Source of the DNA: an uncultured virus (IMG/VR IMGVR_UViG_3300002140_000088)
Taxonomy: Duplodnaviria > Heunggongvirae > Uroviricota > Caudoviricetes
Direction: 5' to 3' (one strand)
Virus record (IMG/VR): IMGVR_UViG_3300002140_000088
DNA length: 64,000 nt
The notes beneath the pieces are model-generated. The model saw only the letters and a list, made by a program, of their open reading frames with translations, was not told where the DNA came from and searched no databases. This document shows positions 29,464-39,679 of this stretch, piece by piece; within the stretch, counting starts at the first letter, position 1, and the number at the start of each line of letters is the position of its first letter. A program made the translations under genes and the position numbers.

Positions 29464-29750
29464 TGTTCTCTCTCTTCTAGCAATTGTTCTAGCAATGCCA
29501 TCTCAATGACTGCTAGCCTTGTCTTTATACCCTCGCTACCCATAACTACAACTATAGCAGGGTCTTTGTTAGATTTCAAGGCATCAGTCGTAGCCTTTGC
29601 CCATACATCTTTATTTAAAGTAAAGCTCTTACCAACTTCTTTGAAGTCAATAACAAAGTTATACCAGCTTGCATCACCCTTCTTGGTATTTCGTCCAGAG
29701 TTTTTATGTAGCTTAGCTCCAATTCTTTTACCCTCAGATCTTTCGCTCAT
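29460..29750 (-). CDS. small PD-(D/E)XK nuclease (Hjc-like resolvase)
   Basis: SE...NSGR...KGDA...IDFKE. Confidence 0.65.
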   Translation of the reverse strand: MSERSEGKRIGAKLHKNSGRNTKKGDASWYNFVIDFKEVGKSFTLNKDVWAKATTDALKSNKDPAIVVVMGSEGIKTRLAVIEMALLEQLLEEREQ

Positions 29751-29916
29751 AATGATCTCTTTTCTTTTTACTTAAAAGAGAAACAACAGAAAGATGTTTA
29801 TCTTTGCACATCCAAGTCAACTCTTTTTTATCTTCATATAGCCTAAGACTACTTACTGGTTGCTTACAATCATGACAATTAAAAACACCGTTATAAACTG
29901 TGTATCTAGCCATCAA
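29734..29916 (-). CDS. small Zn-binding protein
   Basis: CHDC...WMCKDKH. Confidence 0.65.
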   Translation of the reverse strand: MMARYTVYNGVFNCHDCKQPVSSLRLYEDKKELTWMCKDKHLSVVSLLSKKKRDHYERKI

Positions 29917-30913
29917 TGCTTGCCCTCAACTTTTCTTGTAAAGACTTGTCTTCTTTTACTTTCTCGATAAAAGCTTCACGACCCTGAACCTTAGTGCCAT
30001 CATCAAGCTGATACCAAGCACCAGTCCTAGAAACATGACCAAGCATTTCTGCAGTGTCTACAAGGTCTCCTATAGCATCAATTCCTATCTGCTCACCACG
30101 GAAATAGAAGTCATACTCCCCAGACTCTCCTGGAGCAGATGTCTTTGAGTTTTGGACTTCCCATCGAACCTTACGACCAACCTTTTGCTCAATTAACTTG
30201 TCTCCAGACTTAATCTTATTTTTGATAGCCTGATTGTCTGATGACGATGAGAACAGTTTGATAATTGTAGATGAGAAGAACTGTGTTGCATTCCCACCAG
30301 TAGGAACAGACTGGGTATACATTGGGGTAATGTTATTCCTAGCTTGAGAGATAGCAAGAATTAATGATGGCTTCTCATGGTTGTTTGCATAGTTAATCAT
30401 CATCCAAGCATGTTTTAGATCTTTGGACTCAGCACCAATCTGTTTAGTCTGATCAAGCTGCTTTAGCTCGGTAGAATCTTTCTCAAAGTAAACCGCTGGT
30501 AGTAATGAGCTAATGCTATCAATAACAATTAAATCTACTCCAGCGTGCAGCATTGCTACAGTTACATCTACCATATCATTTATGCTACGAGCTTCTGAGT
30601 ATAATAGTTGTGAGGTATCTACCCCTAGCTTTTGTGCCCAAGTTTCATCATAAGACATTTCTGCATCTACCCAAGCACAAAGCTTACCTTCTTTTTGTGC
30701 TAATCCAATAGTCTGCATACATAGCGATGATTTTGCACTAGCTTTACTTCCCCAAAGTAGAACTTGCCTACCATAAGGAAGTCCTCCACCCAATGCTCTA
30801 TTTAGCCCTGGGCTAGGAGTGGGCTGAAACTCTGTTTTAATACCCACTGCTGGGCCTAATCGCTTCCTAATCTTTGGATCTAGTTGTGCTAATGCTTCCT
30901 CTATAGTTGTCAT
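29906..30913 (-). CDS. recA: RecA/UvsX-like recombinase
   Basis: LNRALGGGLPYGR, WGSKASAKS, WVDAE, VIDSISSL, TGAWY. Confidence 0.9.
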   Translation of the reverse strand: MTTIEEALAQLDPKIRKRLGPAVGIKTEFQPTPSPGLNRALGGGLPYGRQVLLWGSKASAKSSLCMQTIGLAQKEGKLCAWVDAEMSYDETWAQKLGVDTSQLLYSEARSINDMVDVTVAMLHAGVDLIVIDSISSLLPAVYFEKDSTELKQLDQTKQIGAESKDLKHAWMMINYANNHEKPSLILAISQARNNITPMYTQSVPTGGNATQFFSSTIIKLFSSSSDNQAIKNKIKSGDKLIEQKVGRKVRWEVQNSKTSAPGESGEYDFYFRGEQIGIDAIGDLVDTAEMLGHVSRTGAWYQLDDGTKVQGREAFIEKVKEDKSLQEKLRASIDG

Positions 30914-31236
30914 TAAAAACGTACACCGTGCCTTTCTGGCCTTGTTTTATTAAAGTTAAGTTTGTTATCTAAGGCATCATCTAAAGATATGTCTGTATAA
31001 CCATTCTCCACCAAACCAGCATATAAGTCAAGTGTCCTAATGATAATGTCTGCCATCTCATCAGCAACCTCTTGTTTACCTTTGTCTTTACGGATTGCTT
31101 CCATAACCTCTACGGCTTCTGAAACAACCATCATGAGCTGTTTGGTAATGAAGATATCGTCTACCTTGTCTGGCCAAAAGCCTTTTTCTGTTGCAACCTG
31201 GTGCAGGTGTTCTGCCATCTCATCCAAGTATTTCAT
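30913..31236 (-). CDS. MazG-like nucleotide pyrophosphohydrolase
   Basis: SEAVEVMEA...EVADEMADIIIRTLDL...KLNFNKTRP. Confidence 0.85.
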   Translation of the reverse strand: MKYLDEMAEHLHQVATEKGFWPDKVDDIFITKQLMMVVSEAVEVMEAIRKDKGKQEVADEMADIIIRTLDLYAGLVENGYTDISLDDALDNKLNFNKTRPERHGVRF

Positions 31237-34200
31237 TTAATATCACTGTCCCATCTTTTGTTTTACCTAGTTTAAAGCGGTAAGCATTACCAGCTTTAAT
31301 TTTCATATATGCATCAGCGAACTGTGTTGGAAACACTGTCACTGGGTGCAAATCTCTTGACAAATCAGCTAACGTCATGCTAGCCATCTTCTTACCAGCC
31401 TTCGTTACTCTTGGTTTAAAAGATACAACATAAAGCTCATCACCACTGTACGGCAACATCTTATAGTTTAAGAACTTAATCAATGGATTAGATTGGTCTG
31501 TTATTTCATCTGCAGGAATTGCCTCAATAATTCTATTATTAGAAGCTAAGAATATATATGTCTTACCCGTCTCAATAGTTGTCTGTTCATCATCAAAGAT
31601 TCCAATAGCACCAGTCTTATCCAATACCTCTACCCTCGACCAACCTGGGCCTCTCTTGATGCTCCTAGCCATTCCCATTAGGATGAATGATCCAGCTTCA
31701 TCAAAATCTTCTATTTGACTAATCCAGGCTAAATAGTGTGGAGGAACATGGAGATTAAACTCTGGTAGGTTTAGGTATTCGTATAGGTTAAGCTTTATGT
31801 CATCATCGCTTCTTGGATTATCGCCAAATGCTGCTGCTCCTACAAGATTCATTGCATTCAGGGCTCTTGTATTTACACCATTACCTTTTGTCAAAGTAAA
31901 TTTCTCAAGCTCGCCATAGGAAGTAAATGGCCTAGCAGCAATATACTTATTTGCAATAACATCAGAGATATACTTGATGCCAGATAGTCCAAAGCGAATA
32001 GCCTTACCCTCGATCTTAAAGTCATTGTCAGACTCATTGATATGTGGTAGTCTAATTGAAATACCCATACGCTTGGCTTCAATCAAATACTCTGTACGCA
32101 CATCTTTATCTTTTTCATTATTAAGAATGCAGAAGATAAATTCTAGTGGGTAGTAATACTTTAGCCATGCTGTCCAATAAGATACTGTAGAATATGCCAC
32201 AGCGTGAGACTTATTGAATGAGTACCCTGCGTGAGCCTCAAAGTCATGCCACATCTCCTCAGCCTTATTTGGAGAAAGGTATTGTGATGCACCTTTAACA
32301 AACTGATCTTTGAACTGATCAAACTCTTTGGCATCTTTCTTCTTACCAATAATCTTACGAACCTTATCGGCTTCTGCCATTGTCATACCGCCAAGCTCAG
32401 TACAGGCTTGCATGACCTGCTCCTGATACAAGATACAACCATAGGTATCTTGTGTAAATGGCTTCATAATTTGATGAGAGAATGATATACTCTGGCGACC
32501 ATGCTTACGAGCAACGTAGTCTTTACCAATTGTGTTCATTGCACCAGGTCTAACCAAAGCGTTAGAAGCTGCTAGCTCATCAAAGTTTTTTACTACCATC
32601 TTTACAAGCAAGTTTGTGTATGGAGTAGCCTCACACTGAAAGACACCCTTGGTATGTCCAGCAGAAAGCATTTCATATATGTTAGAATCCTGTAGGTCAA
32701 TCTCTAATAGATTAATCTTTTGTCCAGTTCTATCTTTGATGATATCTAAGGTATCCCTAATCACACTTAAAGTCTTAAGACCCAGAGCATCGATCTTAAT
32801 AAGACCAATCCGTTCTGCTTCTTCCATGTCTACAGCTACTACTGGAATACGCTCACCACTGCCTGGTGAATTACGAGTCTCCATTGGAGCATGGCGAAAG
32901 ATAGGCTCCTTGCTTGTTACAACACCAGCAGCGTGGATGCCTGTCCCACGAATACGACCACGAAGAAGCTCTCCATATTGTTCAATCTCTGGATACTTCT
33001 CCCTGAACCATTTGGTATTTTTAGACGTAACGTATTCATCCCAGCTATCAACCATCTTCAATACTTTGTTCACGTCAGTTAGTGGTATGTATAATACCCT
33101 AGCGATGTCTCTTACGATACCCTTGCCACGGAACTGTAGGAAGGTTGCAATAGAAGCAACATGGCGATACTGTCTAACTAAATAATCTTTAACTTCTTCA
33201 CGCCTTGTGTCCTGTATATCTGTATCAATATCTGGGAAGTCATTACGCTCTGGATTAATAAAACGGAAGAACAGTAACCCATACTTAATAGGATCAATGT
33301 CTGTGATACCAAGAGAATAGCATAGCAATGAACCAGCAGCAGAACCACGTCCTGGCCCTACCATGATTCCCTCTTTCTTTGCCCAGTTAATCATGTTACG
33401 CACAACTAAGAAGTATGGTCCAAAGTTCTTGTTATTAATAATCTCTAGCTCTTCGTCAAGCCTTTTAATATAATCTTCATTGTCTGCCAGACCACGCTCT
33501 GAGAGGCCCTGTACGGCCAGCTCACGGAGTTCTTTGCTAGGGTTCTGGTATTGAGCTGGTAGCAAATCAAGATGATCATTAATAATATAATCTTGTACTT
33601 TGTTTGCAATCTCTTGTGTACTTATGTACATATCTTCTCTATCAATGCCCTGCTTTTTCATAGCATTATGCATCTCTTCATCAGAAAGAAGATGAATATC
33701 AAAACTGCTAAACGATATTCCACGATCTGCCCCATATAGATAGTCAAGCCTGTCCATCACATTTTCATGTGCCTTAGACTTTTCATATGTAGCATCTTTT
33801 TGAACCTTGTTGCTATAAGTATTTAGGATAAGTTTAAGTTCCTGGATTTCTTTCTGGCCTGTGTGTGCGTGGTGGCAGTCAGGTGTGACTACTGGCTTTA
33901 CCCCAAACTCATCCGCTAAAGCTAGAAGTTGTAGATTAATCTCAGCTGGGTTATGTGGCATAATCTCAATGTAGTAGTCATCCCCAAACACATTCTTGTG
34001 CCACTCAATCTGTCGCTTAGCTTCTGCTAGCTCTCCAGCTTCAATAGCTTTTGCAACAGTGCCACTAAGGCAACCAGAAGTTACTATAAGGCCTTCCTTG
34101 TACTTCTCAAGTACTTCATAATCAATTCTTGGCTTCTTGTAGAAACCTTCTGTCCATGCAATCTCATTAAGCTTATTAAGATTTTCTAGTCCCTTTTGGT

Positions 34201-34495
34201 TCTTAGCTAAAATAACTATGTGATTGTAGACCAAGTCCAATGGCTCAGACCTATCTTTTGAATCACGCTGATCAAATCTATCTTGTGTAATATATCCTTC
34301 AACACCAAGGATTGGCTTGAGGCCTTTTTCTTTTGCGGCACGGTAGAATTCTCTGTGTCCTGAAAGAGAACCGTGATCAGTAATTGCAATGGCAGACATG
34401 CCAATTTCGGAAGCACGCTCAACATATTCTGCTGGTGTAGCAATACCATCAAACAAGCTGTAGTGCGTGTGAACGTGAAGACCGTTGTAAGACAT
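31220..34495 (-). CDS. dnaE: DNA polymerase III alpha subunit
   Basis: PHP motif HVHTHYSLFDG, GPGRGSAAGSL, PDIDTD, HAAGVV, YSFNKSHA. Confidence 0.96.
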   Translation of the reverse strand: MSYNGLHVHTHYSLFDGIATPAEYVERASEIGMSAIAITDHGSLSGHREFYRAAKEKGLKPILGVEGYITQDRFDQRDSKDRSEPLDLVYNHIVILAKNQKGLENLNKLNEIAWTEGFYKKPRIDYEVLEKYKEGLIVTSGCLSGTVAKAIEAGELAEAKRQIEWHKNVFGDDYYIEIMPHNPAEINLQLLALADEFGVKPVVTPDCHHAHTGQKEIQELKLILNTYSNKVQKDATYEKSKAHENVMDRLDYLYGADRGISFSSFDIHLLSDEEMHNAMKKQGIDREDMYISTQEIANKVQDYIINDHLDLLPAQYQNPSKELRELAVQGLSERGLADNEDYIKRLDEELEIINNKNFGPYFLVVRNMINWAKKEGIMVGPGRGSAAGSLLCYSLGITDIDPIKYGLLFFRFINPERNDFPDIDTDIQDTRREEVKDYLVRQYRHVASIATFLQFRGKGIVRDIARVLYIPLTDVNKVLKMVDSWDEYVTSKNTKWFREKYPEIEQYGELLRGRIRGTGIHAAGVVTSKEPIFRHAPMETRNSPGSGERIPVVAVDMEEAERIGLIKIDALGLKTLSVIRDTLDIIKDRTGQKINLLEIDLQDSNIYEMLSAGHTKGVFQCEATPYTNLLVKMVVKNFDELAASNALVRPGAMNTIGKDYVARKHGRQSISFSHQIMKPFTQDTYGCILYQEQVMQACTELGGMTMAEADKVRKIIGKKKDAKEFDQFKDQFVKGASQYLSPNKAEEMWHDFEAHAGYSFNKSHAVAYSTVSYWTAWLKYYYPLEFIFCILNNEKDKDVRTEYLIEAKRMGISIRLPHINESDNDFKIEGKAIRFGLSGIKYISDVIANKYIAARPFTSYGELEKFTLTKGNGVNTRALNAMNLVGAAAFGDNPRSDDDIKLNLYEYLNLPEFNLHVPPHYLAWISQIEDFDEAGSFILMGMARSIKRGPGWSRVEVLDKTGAIGIFDDEQTTIETGKTYIFLASNNRIIEAIPADEITDQSNPLIKFLNYKMLPYSGDELYVVSFKPRVTKAGKKMASMTLADLSRDLHPVTVFPTQFADAYMKIKAGNAYRFKLGKTKDGTVILNEILG

Positions 34496-34524
34496 ATACC
34501 CTTTTCCGTCTAGAATTTATTAGT

Positions 34525-34554
34525 AAAGTGGGGGACAGTTTCCTGCCCCCCACT
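34525..34554 (-). terminator. intrinsic terminator or attenuator between ssb and dnaE
   Basis: GC-rich stem (AGTGGGGG...CCCCCACT) with GAAA loop, followed by a short T run. Confidence 0.6.
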
Positions 34555-34567
34555 AATTTGAATTAGA

Positions 34568-35221
34568 TTACCACTCAACGTTAGAAGATGATGTGGATGA
34601 CGCTGAGTCAAACCCCATGTAAAATGCTTCCTGCTCTGCATATGGAACCTGGCGAAGAGCCATCTCCAAAGGATATGGCGTAACAGAAGACCAGTCAAAT
34701 GGTTCTGCATCTGGCAAAGATGGCAACAAGGTATAGTTTGTTTCCATTCCCTGACCATTTCGCTTGAGTTTCCATGTTAGATTGGAAATGCTTCCAGTCT
34801 CCAGAGCATACTCACGGATAGTGTTAAAGACTGTCATCTTGCTAACACCAACAGACCAAATTGCTGCATAGGGATCTTCGATTGAATCGTCAACTAATAC
34901 GTTGCAATAGAAACGAAGCTTACCTTTCCAGCCAGACTTTGGATCTTTACGGTGCTGTTCTTCAGCCCAGTCACGTCCCTCAGAATCCATCGTATCTACT
35001 GCACGACGCTTGAAGTCCCTTGGATTAACATGTTCCTTAACTACAAGAGATAGTCCTCGCTCAACATTATAGTTGGGCGACTCTTCGTCAAGCTCTTCAA
35101 TAAAACGAAGCTTGACAGATTGTCCGTCAGACAGCTTAAGCCAACGTACTTTTGGCCCATCCCCACCTCGTGGCTTATCAACCAGTGCGTTGATATTTGC
35201 TAGTCCCGTAATGATTGTCAT
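34568..35221 (-). CDS. single-stranded DNA-binding protein (gp32-like)
   Basis: WLKLSDGQSVKLRF, WKLKRNGQGMETNYTL, Ser-rich tail ending EW; between primase and polymerase. Confidence 0.7.
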   Translation of the reverse strand: MTIITGLANINALVDKPRGGDGPKVRWLKLSDGQSVKLRFIEELDEESPNYNVERGLSLVVKEHVNPRDFKRRAVDTMDSEGRDWAEEQHRKDPKSGWKGKLRFYCNVLVDDSIEDPYAAIWSVGVSKMTVFNTIREYALETGSISNLTWKLKRNGQGMETNYTLLPSLPDAEPFDWSSVTPYPLEMALRQVPYAEQEAFYMGFDSASSTSSSNVEW

Positions 35222-35255
35222 TTGTGTTTCTCCTTTTTCTTTCTGTTTGTTATTT

Positions 35256-36200
35256 TTATTGTAACATTGCTGCTATTGATTTGTCAAACCCATAATTTAA
35301 ACTCTTTATTGATTCATCATCCATATCACCAATATCCTTGTATTTTTTGTCTAGCCTTATTACTGAAACACGACCAGTTAGTCTTTCAACTATCCTGTTA
35401 GCCATGCCTCCTCCTGCTTCATCATTATCTGCAATGACAAAAATTTCATTGAAGTGTTGACGAAGAAGATCTATTTGTTTATTTGATACGTTGGCACCAA
35501 GGGTAGCCACAGCTGGCAATCCTACCTGGTCTAAACGTATTGCGTCAAAAGACGACTCTACCACATAAACCTCACGAGATGTTTTTACTCTATGAAGATT
35601 AAACAATGTCTTGCTCTTAGATAGTCCATTAGTATTTTTAAACTCTTTACCCTCGACAGATCTACCAACAAAGCCAATCATCATACCATCAGGTGCGGTA
35701 ACTGGAATTGTTACCATATCATTTTTATCTGAATAACCTAAAGAAAACTTCCTTACAGAATCTTCCGTTATGCTTCTTCCAGAGTAATACCTCATAGCCC
35801 TAGGAGAATCTAGTGCTTGATTGTTTAATCTTTTAATCATCACATCATCAAATTGGATAAAGTCTGGCTTAAAGTTTAGCTTAGAGGCTATGTCTGATTC
35901 AAAATTAACAGCTACATTCTTAGTCTCAATAAATCTAACAGACTCAAAGTATGTTCTTTTTGTAACATACATTACAAGCTCAATAAGATCTGATGTGTGT
36001 TGACAGGAAAAGCAAAAGAATAATCCGCTTTCTTTGTTTACCTCACCAGCTGGTGTTCTAAAGTTCCCATGAAATGGGCAGAAGATAATAAAGTCATTAT
36101 CAAGATCTCTCTCAATATCTATACCACTTCCGATGAGAACTCGTTTGACCTGCTGCTCAGAATAGGAACCACCACCGTTCCGTCTACTCCCAAAATCCAT
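35256..36200 (-). CDS. dnaG: DNA primase (CHC2 + TOPRIM)
   Basis: CPFH...CFSC, VVESSFDA, ADNDEAG, KDIGD. Confidence 0.9.
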   Translation of the reverse strand: MDFGSRRNGGGSYSEQQVKRVLIGSGIDIERDLDNDFIIFCPFHGNFRTPAGEVNKESGLFFCFSCQHTSDLIELVMYVTKRTYFESVRFIETKNVAVNFESDIASKLNFKPDFIQFDDVMIKRLNNQALDSPRAMRYYSGRSITEDSVRKFSLGYSDKNDMVTIPVTAPDGMMIGFVGRSVEGKEFKNTNGLSKSKTLFNLHRVKTSREVYVVESSFDAIRLDQVGLPAVATLGANVSNKQIDLLRQHFNEIFVIADNDEAGGGMANRIVERLTGRVSVIRLDKKYKDIGDMDDESIKSLNYGFDKSIAAMLQ

Positions 36201-36445
36201 TTTACCTTCTTCTTTCCTACGAATATTCCATACATTGATAGTTCAAATTCAAAATAATCTTTGTCTCTATTATACTCTACTGTGAAGTCTGGGTCAATAT
36301 CTAGCCTTGGCACATACCCCAAAATATTCATATTACTTTTAATTAAATTAATATACTCATCCCTAATCCTCATGATTATAGAATCACTATGGATCATTCC
36401 ATCTATATTAAACATCTTTAATGGTTTATGATGGATGGTTATCAT
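36119..36445 (-). CDS. hypothetical protein
   Basis: GYVPRLDIDPDFT; leaderless-type start. Confidence 0.7.
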   Translation of the reverse strand: MITIHHKPLKMFNIDGMIHSDSIIMRIRDEYINLIKSNMNILGYVPRLDIDPDFTVEYNRDKDYFEFELSMYGIFVGKKKVKWILGVDGTVVVPILSSRSNEFSSEVV

Positions 36446-36458
36446 GTATTAATTATAA

Positions 36459-37679
36459 CTACATATCTTGAAAATCCTTGTACTTAAACCATCCCTTATT
36501 GAAATCTACTTGAATATAGAAGTCTGTCATCATACCATTACGGTTCTTTCTCCAAGCAACTTCCATGACATCGCTATTTGTAGCACGCCCCATGGCAATT
36601 ACCCAGTCGGCATCATAAGCAATCTGACGTGACCAAGCGGTCTGACCAAGGGTTGGCACAGTATCTAACTTTGTTACATCGTCTGGTGTGGCAGATGAGA
36701 TAGCAATAATAGGAACATTCTCTGAGTTTGACATTAGCTTAAGCTCACGAGAAAGATTTTTCATGCGAACAGTTTCATTATCTGACTTCTGGTTTGGACT
36801 CATAAGCTGTAGATAATCAACAACCACAAAGTCTGGCTTATATTGATCAATTTTTCCACGAAGTACTGATGGTGTAATTTCTCCACCAGAATCATTAGAT
36901 ACAATATAGAATGGTGGCTTACCCTCAATATTTTTATCGTACCATCTTTGTAAATCATCTGGGTCTACTTCTCCAGCACTTAGTTTGCGATGTGACCAGA
37001 CACCCTCACCCATAATAGTATATACACGATTACGAACTTCTGTTTCTGTCATCTCAAGACTAACTATAAGTGGAACCTTGCCTTGCTTCCAAGCCTGTAC
37101 TGCAAAGTATAACGACAGCCAGGACTTACCAATACCAGGGTAGGCAAGGAATACACCGAGCTGCCCTGGAAGGATACCAGACGGCAGATAGTCATCAAAT
37201 CCTGGAAGACCAGTCTTTACCCCTCTAGACCCAAGTGCTTCCCTCTTACGAACATCATCAAAATATGCAATAGCAGCCTTAATATCTGTGGCATCAAGGT
37301 CACGAATAGAAGCGGTATTCTTCTTAAGCTCTGATGTTTTTTGAATTATGTCCTCTAAGACTTTGTTCCCAGAGTTATTCTGAATATCTGCAGCTGTGGT
37401 TCTAATAATTTCTTTTAAGCTATCTGTCAGGTATTCAGTCTGAAGCTCATCAAGATGATGCTTAGTAGTTCCAATGTTTTGGGCTGGCTCAAAGTCTCTA
37501 AACTTTTCTACGACTAGCTCTGTTGGTGGAACTGAGCTATTCTGTTCTGCATAATTTCTAATAAACTCCCAAATATCTTTATGCGTACGCAAAAGATTAT
37601 CTACATTTGCTTGTAGCAAAACATGGATCTGCTTATCCTGAAGTACAGCAGAAATTACTTTTGACTCAATGTCACTCAT
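36459..37679 (-). CDS. dnaB: replicative DnaB-like helicase
   Basis: AYPGIGKS, SLEM, VVDYLQLM, SRELK, YDAD, KNRNG. Confidence 0.93.
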   Translation of the reverse strand: MSDIESKVISAVLQDKQIHVLLQANVDNLLRTHKDIWEFIRNYAEQNSSVPPTELVVEKFRDFEPAQNIGTTKHHLDELQTEYLTDSLKEIIRTTAADIQNNSGNKVLEDIIQKTSELKKNTASIRDLDATDIKAAIAYFDDVRKREALGSRGVKTGLPGFDDYLPSGILPGQLGVFLAYPGIGKSWLSLYFAVQAWKQGKVPLIVSLEMTETEVRNRVYTIMGEGVWSHRKLSAGEVDPDDLQRWYDKNIEGKPPFYIVSNDSGGEITPSVLRGKIDQYKPDFVVVDYLQLMSPNQKSDNETVRMKNLSRELKLMSNSENVPIIAISSATPDDVTKLDTVPTLGQTAWSRQIAYDADWVIAMGRATNSDVMEVAWRKNRNGMMTDFYIQVDFNKGWFKYKDFQDM

Positions 37680-37980
37680 TAATCCACTCCCTAGCCCGTT
37701 TGCGCATTACTGCACGCTCTTGTTTATCTCTCTCAATATTGTTTATAGAGTACAGCACCTTATCTGCATAGTTTGCAAAAAACTTCCAACTAGGAGATGG
37801 TGATGCCTCAAAGTAATAGTCAAGCATATCGTAGCACTCTGCAAGACCATAAGACTCAATGAGCATGTCTGCTGCCCACTGTTCCGTATTTAGATTAAGC
37901 GATGGCCGTTCGCCATAGCGAGTATTGTGTAACTTGCCATATCTACTCAGAAGGGCCATGCGCAATTTGCGCTCTGCCAT
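37672..37980 (-). CDS. hypothetical protein next to the helicase
   Basis: 102-aa ORF with coupled ends. Confidence 0.7.
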   Translation of the reverse strand: MAERKLRMALLSRYGKLHNTRYGERPSLNLNTEQWAADMLIESYGLAECYDMLDYYFEASPSPSWKFFANYADKVLYSINNIERDKQERAVMRKRAREWINE

Positions 37981-38186
37981 TACTCGTTAATTTCAGACTT
38001 TGCTTCTTGGACCTTAGACCCAAGCTGCTGTTCAACAAATCCATACACTCGATCAAAGCCTTCTTGCACTGTCTCATCTGCACGAAGCTGATCTTCAATT
38101 CCAATATCAATACGCAATGATTGGAAGTTACCTAGATTCATTGTATATCCAAGTGAGATATTTACTTTTGTTCCGCTGTTTTCCAT
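37980..38186 (-). CDS. hypothetical protein
   Basis: LGYTMNLGNFQSLRIDIG motif. Confidence 0.75.
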   Translation of the reverse strand: MENSGTKVNISLGYTMNLGNFQSLRIDIGIEDQLRADETVQEGFDRVYGFVEQQLGSKVQEAKSEINE

Positions 38187-38198
38187 TTCATACCCTTT

Positions 38199-38720
38199 CT
38201 ATAAGGTTTCATTCCAAATTGGAACGAACCGTCCGTCTTCTGTCTTTGTATAAGTCAGTATACCATCTCCCATCCTACGATTCAACTCTTGAAATGTAGG
38301 TAGTGAGTTGTTGGTAATAAGCCCGTCTTTTCTCTTAGAACCTTTACTGTACGTTGCAAGTATATCACGGATTTCTTTGACTTGAGACGCTGAGTAATAT
38401 GCTCTTACTTGCCATTCACGTACCCCATCTTTTTGTGAACCAGTTGGTAGTGGAATAATTTGTTTTTTCATTAAAGTTGGTAAATATTTTTTATGCCTGT
38501 TTACAAGAATAGCTGTTTCTTTTATTGTGTAAGCTTTTTCTCTATTCTTTTTAAAATCACTAAGGAGACAACTTTCTATTCTATCTTTAATAATATTAAA
38601 AACAGATAGTATTCCACCAGCTCTATTTAGGTGATAGATTCTAACAAGATCACCATTTAAAAACCAAACCTTTTTGCTACCAGTAATAACTGGGGCAGAG
38701 TTATATGCCTCTCTATCCAT
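38199..38720 (-). CDS. MerR-like HTH DNA-binding protein
   Basis: AYTIKETAILVNRH...RAYYSASQVKEIRD. Confidence 0.65.
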   Translation of the reverse strand: MDREAYNSAPVITGSKKVWFLNGDLVRIYHLNRAGGILSVFNIIKDRIESCLLSDFKKNREKAYTIKETAILVNRHKKYLPTLMKKQIIPLPTGSQKDGVREWQVRAYYSASQVKEIRDILATYSKGSKRKDGLITNNSLPTFQELNRRMGDGILTYTKTEDGRFVPIWNETL

Positions 38721-38725
38721 GATAG

Positions 38726-39163
38726 CTATGATGTACTAGATGGAATTCCTACAGCCATAATACTTACACTACTTGAGTTATTCTGTGATGTTGGGAATTT
38801 TACAAGTACCGTGGCAGAACCAGAAGTAATATTCTTTAAGCTTACGTTCGCTTCGGTATCTGATGGGTTTACTAGTGTAGCTACTACAATTGGCGGTGAA
38901 GCAAAATTATATGGGCTAAAGCTTACATTTTGTTCTAGGGTATCTGATGTGCCAGCAACAAAGATGATTTCTTGTGCCATGATCTGTGCACCATAAAGCT
39001 TGTATGATGATGGGGTGTCGTTCAGCCTACCCTTTAAAATAAAATTATTACCCTGGGCCAATACAGCACCTTCTTCAGAAAGCTGATTGACTGCAGTTGC
39101 AAGCGTAGAAATGTATGCCAAATCTAGTGGTTGACCTTGCTGTGGTACTGGAACTCTAGCCAT
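38726..39163 (-). CDS. minor tail protein, H-type-lectin-like
   Basis: VSF...FASPPIVVAT...ITSGSAT...VSIMAVG. Confidence 0.6.
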   Translation of the reverse strand: MARVPVPQQGQPLDLAYISTLATAVNQLSEEGAVLAQGNNFILKGRLNDTPSSYKLYGAQIMAQEIIFVAGTSDTLEQNVSFSPYNFASPPIVVATLVNPSDTEANVSLKNITSGSATVLVKFPTSQNNSSSVSIMAVGIPSSTS

Positions 39164-39191
39164 AATTCTCCTTTATAGTATTGTATCAGAT

Positions 39192-39677
39192 TTAAGATCC
39201 TGTGTCAATGGGGTTGTCAGAGTCATAAATGATAAAGCTTGGTTTAATTAATTTTTTGTTTGATGCTGGTTGTACAATAATCCTATTAGATACAACATTA
39301 TCACGCTGAACAAAAGAATAGTTATGTGTCTTAGACGTTCCATGATAATGAAACATGTCAGAGTCATATGCAAAGGCATCATCTGGATCATTACCCCGAT
39401 AAGAAACGAATATGTCGTATGCTGGTCTGTTAAATACATCATCCCAGACCACGGTTATAATATATTTTTCCATATCTGTGTCACTAACAGATTCATAAAA
39501 TTGCCCTTCGACATCAGCAAAATCTGCTACTGGAATAACATATGTTGGAGACCAGTGAGAATTTATATTTTTGCTTTCCGAAACAATTCTATATCTTATT
39601 AGATATCCACCAGTTTCCCAATCAAGCTCTACAAGAAGACTATCTGGTACAGTTATCTTTTTAATTACTTCTGCCAA
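39192..39677 (-). CDS. putative minor tail protein (Ig/FN3-like)
   Basis: YLIRYRIVS..NSHWSP; in the tail module. Confidence 0.6.
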   Translation of the reverse strand: MAEVIKKITVPDSLLVELDWETGGYLIRYRIVSESKNINSHWSPTYVIPVADFADVEGQFYESVSDTDMEKYIITVVWDDVFNRPAYDIFVSYRGNDPDDAFAYDSDMFHYHGTSKTHNYSFVQRDNVVSNRIIVQPASNKKLIKPSFIIYDSDNPIDTGS

Positions 39678-39679
39678 TT

